Assembly (NCBI RefSeq): GCF_963921235.1 | Contig: NC_086118.1 | Coordinates: 14,262,001 to 14,326,000, forward strand | Origin: Mobula hypostoma | Taxonomy: Eukaryota | Direction: 5' to 3' | DNA length: 64,000 nucleotides | Shown: positions 59,497 to 64,000 of the stretch, in pieces | Position numbering within the stretch: the stretch's first letter is position 1 | Layout: each line of letters begins with the position of its first letter | The notes under the pieces: model-generated | The model's input: the letters and a program-made list of their open reading frames with translations, nothing else | What the model was told of the DNA's origin: nothing | Database searches by the model: none | Made by a program: the position numbers and the translations under genes

Positions 59497-62100
59497 CATA
59501 AGACCATAAGACAAAGGAGCAGAAGTAGGCCATTCGGCCCATCGAGTCTGAGCTGATCCATTTTATCCTATTTAGTCCCACTGCCCCGCCTTCTCACCAT
59601 AACCTTTGATGCCCTGGCTACTCAGATACCTATCAATCTCTGCCTTAAATACACCCAATGACTTAGCCTCCACTGCTGCCTGTGGCAACAAATTCCATAG
59701 ATTCACCACCCTCTGACTAAAAAAATTTCTTCGCATCTCTGTTCTGAAAGGGCGCCCTTCAATCCTGAAGTCATGCCCTCTCGTACTAGACTCCCCCATC
59801 ATGTGAAACAACTTTGCCACATCCACTCTGTCCATGCCTTTTAACATTCGAAATGTTTCTATGAGGTCTCCCCTCATTCTTCTAAACTCCAAGGAATACA
59901 GTCCAAGAGCGGACAAACGTTTGTCATATGTTAATGCTCTCATTCCCGGAATCATTCTAGTGAATCTTCTCTGTACCCTCTCCAACGTCAGCACATCCTT
60001 TCTTAAATAAGGAGACCAAAACTGCCCACAGTACTCCAAGTGAGGTCTCACCAGCGCTTTATAGAGCCTCAACATCACATCCCTGCTCCTATACTCTATT
60101 CCTCTAGAAATGAATGCCAACATTGCATTCGCCTTCTTCACTACTGACTCAACCTGGAGGTTAATTTTAAGAGAATCCTGTATGAGGATTCCCAAGTCCC
60201 GTTGCATCTCAGAACTTTGAATTCTTTCCCCATTTAAGTAATAGTCTGCCCGTTTATTTTTTCTGCCAAAGTGCATAACCATACACTTTCCAACATTGTA
60301 CTTCATTTGCCACTTCTCTGCCCATTCTTCCAATCTATCCAAGTCTCTCTGCAGACTCTCCGTTTCCTCAGCACTACCGGCCCCTCCACCTATCTTCGTA
60401 TCGTCAGCAAACTTAGCCACAAAGCCATCTATTCCATAATCCAAATCGTTGATGTACAATGTAAAAAGAAGCGGCCCCAACACTGATCCCTGTGGAACAC
60501 CACTGGTAACTGGCAGCCAACCAGAATAGGATCCCTTTATTCCCACTCTCTGTTTCCTGCCAATCAGCCAACGCTCTATCCACGTATGTAACTTTCCTGT
60601 AATTCCATGGGCTCTTATCTTGTTAATTAGCCTCATGTGTGGCACCTTGTCAAAGGCCTTCTGAAAATCCAAATATACAACATCCACTGCATCTCCCTTG
60701 TCTAGCCTACTGGTAATTTCCTCAAAAAATTGTAATAGGTTTGTCAGGCAGGATTTTCCTTTAAGGAATCCATGCTGAGTTCTGCCTATCTTGTCATATG
60801 CCCCCAGGTACTCTGTAACCTCATCCTTGACAATCGACTCAACAACTTCCCAACCACTGACGTCAAACTAACAGGTCTATAATTTCCTTTTTGCTTCCTT
60901 GCCCCCTTCTTAAATAGCGGAGTGACATTTGCAATCTTCCAGTCTTCCGGAACCATGCCAGAATCTATCAACTTTTGAAAGATCATCGCTAATGCATCCG
61001 CAATCTCCACAGCAACTTCCTTCAGAACACGAGGGTGCATTTCATCTGGTCCAGGAGATTTATCAACCTTTAGCCTATTCAGCTTCCTGAGTACTTTCTC
61101 TGTCATAATTGTGACTGCGCACACTTCTCTTCCCTGCCACCCTTGAGTGTCCGGTATCCTGCTGTCTTCCTCAGTGAAGACTGATGCAAAATACTTGTTC
61201 AGTTCCTCTGCCATCTCCTCATGTCCCATTACAATTTCTCCAGTATCATTTTCTATCGGTCCTATATCTATTCTCACCTGTCTTTTACTCTTTATATACT
61301 TGAAAAAGCTTTTAATATCCTCTTTGATATTATTTGCTAGTTTCCTTTCATAGTTAATCTTTTCTCTCTTAATGACCTTCTTGGTTTCCTTTTGTAAGGT
61401 TTGAAAAACTTCCCAATCCTCTGTCTTCCCACTAATTTTTGCTTCCTTGTATGCCCTCTCCTTTGCTTTAACTTTGGCTTTGACTTCTCTTGTCAACTAC
61501 GGTTGCATCCCTTTTCCACTTGAAAATTTCTTCTTTTTTGGAATATACCTGTCTTGCACATTTCTCATTTCTCGCATAAACTCCAGCCACTGCTGCTCTG
61601 CTGTCTTTCCCGCCAGTGTCTCTTTCCAGTCAACTTTGGCCAGTTCCTCTCTCATGCCACTGTAATTTCCTTTACTCCACTGAAACACTGACACATCAGA
61701 TTTCGGCTCCTCTTTTTCTAATTTCACAGTGAACTCAATCATGTTATGATCACTGCCTCCTAAGGGTTCCTTCACCTCAATCTCTCCAATCACCTACGGT
61801 TCATTACACAATACCCAATCCAGTACAGCCGGTCCCCTAGTGGGCTCAACAACAAGCTGTTCTAAAGAGCCATCTCGCAGGCATTCTACAAATTCTCTCT
61901 CTTGAGATCCAGTGCTGACCTAATTTTTCCAATCTACTCGCATGTTAAAATCCCCCACAATTATCATAACACTGCCCTTCTGACAAGCCTTTTCTACTTC
62001 CAGTTGTAAATTGTAGTCCACATCCCTGCAGCTGTTTGGAGGCCTATAAATAACTGCAATCAGAGTCCTTTTACCCCTGCTATTCCTTAGCTCAACCCAT
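59497..62100 (-). mobile_element. Young CR1 LINE, 5'-truncated (2.6 kb)
   Basis: ORFs 61497-61793 (PLGGSDH), 60786-61496 (GNYRPVSLTS) and 59572-60687 (YLDFQKAFD, VPQGSVLGP, KFADDTK); (TCTTATGG)n tail; ccat at both junctions. Confidence 0.96.
59572..60687 (-). pseudogene. CR1 reverse transcriptase, open 371-aa segment
   Basis: RT motifs as listed for the parent element; upstream frameshift near 60840 and stop at 61497. Confidence 0.92.
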
Positions 62101-62204
62101 TTCCCTCTCTTACTTTACCTCCTTATCTGCCTATTACCTCCCTCTGATGCTTACCCTCCTCCCCCTCCCCCCACTTTCTTACTCTGACTCCTCACCTTTT
62201 TCCC

Positions 62205-62241
62205 CAGTCCTGATGAAGGGTCTCGACCGAAACATCAACTG
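62205..62241 (+). ncRNA. Minimal type I hammerhead ribozyme (core intact, stem III palindrome lost)
   Basis: CAGUC-CUGAUGA-AGGGUCUCGACC-GAAA-C-AUC/AACUG. Confidence 0.65.
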
Positions 62242-64000
62242 TACTCTTTCCCAAAGATGCCGCCCAGCCTGCTGAGTTCCTCCAGCATTTTATGTGTATG
62301 TGTTGCTTGGACTTCCAGCATCTGCAGATGTTCTCATGTTTGGAGTTTAATGAGAACAAGTTTTATTGTGAGAAGTCAACAATCTTTCAGCAGCAGTCTG
62401 TTCCAGCTGCCGATGCCTTAAATCGTTATTTCACAACAGATGATATCCAAAGGTTTAATTTACAGTAGTAACCACTGCTACTGAGAATATTAGATTTTTT
62501 TTGTAAATTACATATAAATGATTATTCTCTCATGATTCAAGCATTAAAACATTGCATTTCAGTTGCAAAGCACCAATAAACATAAAATTACTTGATCATA
62601 TTTCTCAGTAAATCTAATATGCAGTGAAACAGGAGATGCAGCTCCATTCCTAGTCTCCTGTCAAAGGTTGTCAGGGCAGCCCTGATAAAACACCATTTAA
62701 ACCCTTGCTGTGCCTTCTGACCCAGATTGGAAATCATTTGTCAGTCATACAGTATGTAAATACATGGCAAACCAGGACTAGCTGAATCCATTTGCCATAT
62801 TTCCTTATGACACATGAGGCCACTTCAACTCATCTGGCTCTCAGAGCAATCCCGTTCCCCCTCCAATTTTGCTTCCACCTAATCTTCTGGTATTCCCATC
62901 AGCTCCCCCAACCCCACCACTCTACCTCTTGTCTGCACACTGGGGAGAGTTCACAATTGCCAGTAAACCTACCAATTTATATCTTCGGGATGTGGGAAGA
63001 AATTGGAGCTGTCAGGGCAAACTTGAATATACAAATTCCACACAGGACCGCGCAGGTCATTGTATCTGTGCGGGAGTGCCATTGTGCCAATCAATTAAAT
63101 CACAAACTATAAATTTTACTTAACACTAAAGGACTTCAACACTTGCACAGCCATTAAACGTAAAAACAGACTAATTTTTTAAAATGTAAATTGTACTGAC
63201 TGCTTTCTTTTAAATTAATCATCCCATATTTCATTGCTGAGGTTTAGTGAACTGTTCTCCAGTAGAATTGTTGGGCAGTTGCAGCTAGTTATGCTTTCCC
63301 CTGCCAGAATTAACGTGGAACATCAGGGTGGAATCACCACAGAACCCAGCCAGGATTTTGAGCAAACTGACATTACTGTTGGGCAGGTAAATGCCAACAA
63401 CTCATCCCTGTTCATGGATCATTCTTTTTCTCATCATGTAGGTTCAATGTTCAACCACCACTGTTTATATACAGAACATCCTCGTTAACATTTTGGGATG
63501 ATGTATTGTACAAACTGGTTAAAACCTGCTTGCATTGTTATGAAGATTTTAACCATCATCACCGCGCCCCCCCCCGCCCCGCCGCCTTCCCTGCACAGAC
63601 ATAAAAGGCAGAAATGAAAATAAATTGTTTCTTAACACTAGAGTCGTATTGCCACCTTGACCCATTTGTATTCAATTATGTTTTCATTTTCTCATTAGTG
63701 CAGCCTATCATTCTATGCCAATATCCCAGGTGCACACAAGTAGGAAGAACAGACCTTATTCAATTTAAAGAACTTGTAGCAGTGTAGCATTTCCACAGTA
63801 ATGTGCTAAAGTGCTTGAGCAGGGTGTGGATTGGGTAAGGACAATTAAACAAATTTCTGCAATCTGAATAGAATGGCTGATCTTCGGTAGCTCAAGGTGG
63901 TGGCAGGTTTTGGAGGAGTCAAGTTGGTGGGTGACATTGACAATGAGCTCAGGATCCTGGTCAATGTATATCAATCTCCTCCAAGGCCTCAACTGGTTGC

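Larger units (their letters stand above)
58822..62342 (+). mobile_element. Penelope-like 3' fragment (58822-59496 plus 62101-62342) split by CR1
   Basis: GIY-YIG remnant VIYCIWRSSCGLLYIG; the pLTR resumes after the CR1 and ends with hammerhead and tail. Confidence 0.85.

Overview
Eukaryotic (vertebrate) DNA dominated by transposable elements, with no confidently identifiable host gene. The repeat set (CR1 with TTCTATGT/TCTTATGG tails, Rex1/Babar, RTE, HE1/V-SINE-like and tRNA-CORE SINEs, abundant Penelope-like elements) suggests a cartilaginous fish, probably a ray; this is inference from recalled repeat families. Nearly all informative ORFs are TE-derived: RT, APE and GIY-YIG endonucleases, Gypsy protease/integrase/chromodomain, and hAT and Tc1 transposase fragments. 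Main observations: (1) about 11 loci carrying a minimal type I hammerhead ribozyme (CUGANGA-stem II-GAAA-C-GUC with a palindromic ACGU stem III) in Penelope pseudo-LTRs, 3 of them intact; several pLTR pieces are tiny 55-235 bp insertions or hairpins with their own 12-14 bp TSDs, and one hairpin's inversion junction falls exactly on the predicted cleavage site. (2) A four-level nested insertion (Gypsy > Rex1 > Penelope > solo LTR) with a readable TSD at every level and about 200 bp of unexplained sequence inside the Rex1 TSD. (3) A hAT-like BED-finger element with a 6-bp TSD. (4) Three related solo LTRs with conserved ends but different internal minisatellites. (5) Two SINEs sharing a tRNA-CORE head but with different tails. 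Coordinates were read by eye; edges of old fragments are approximate.
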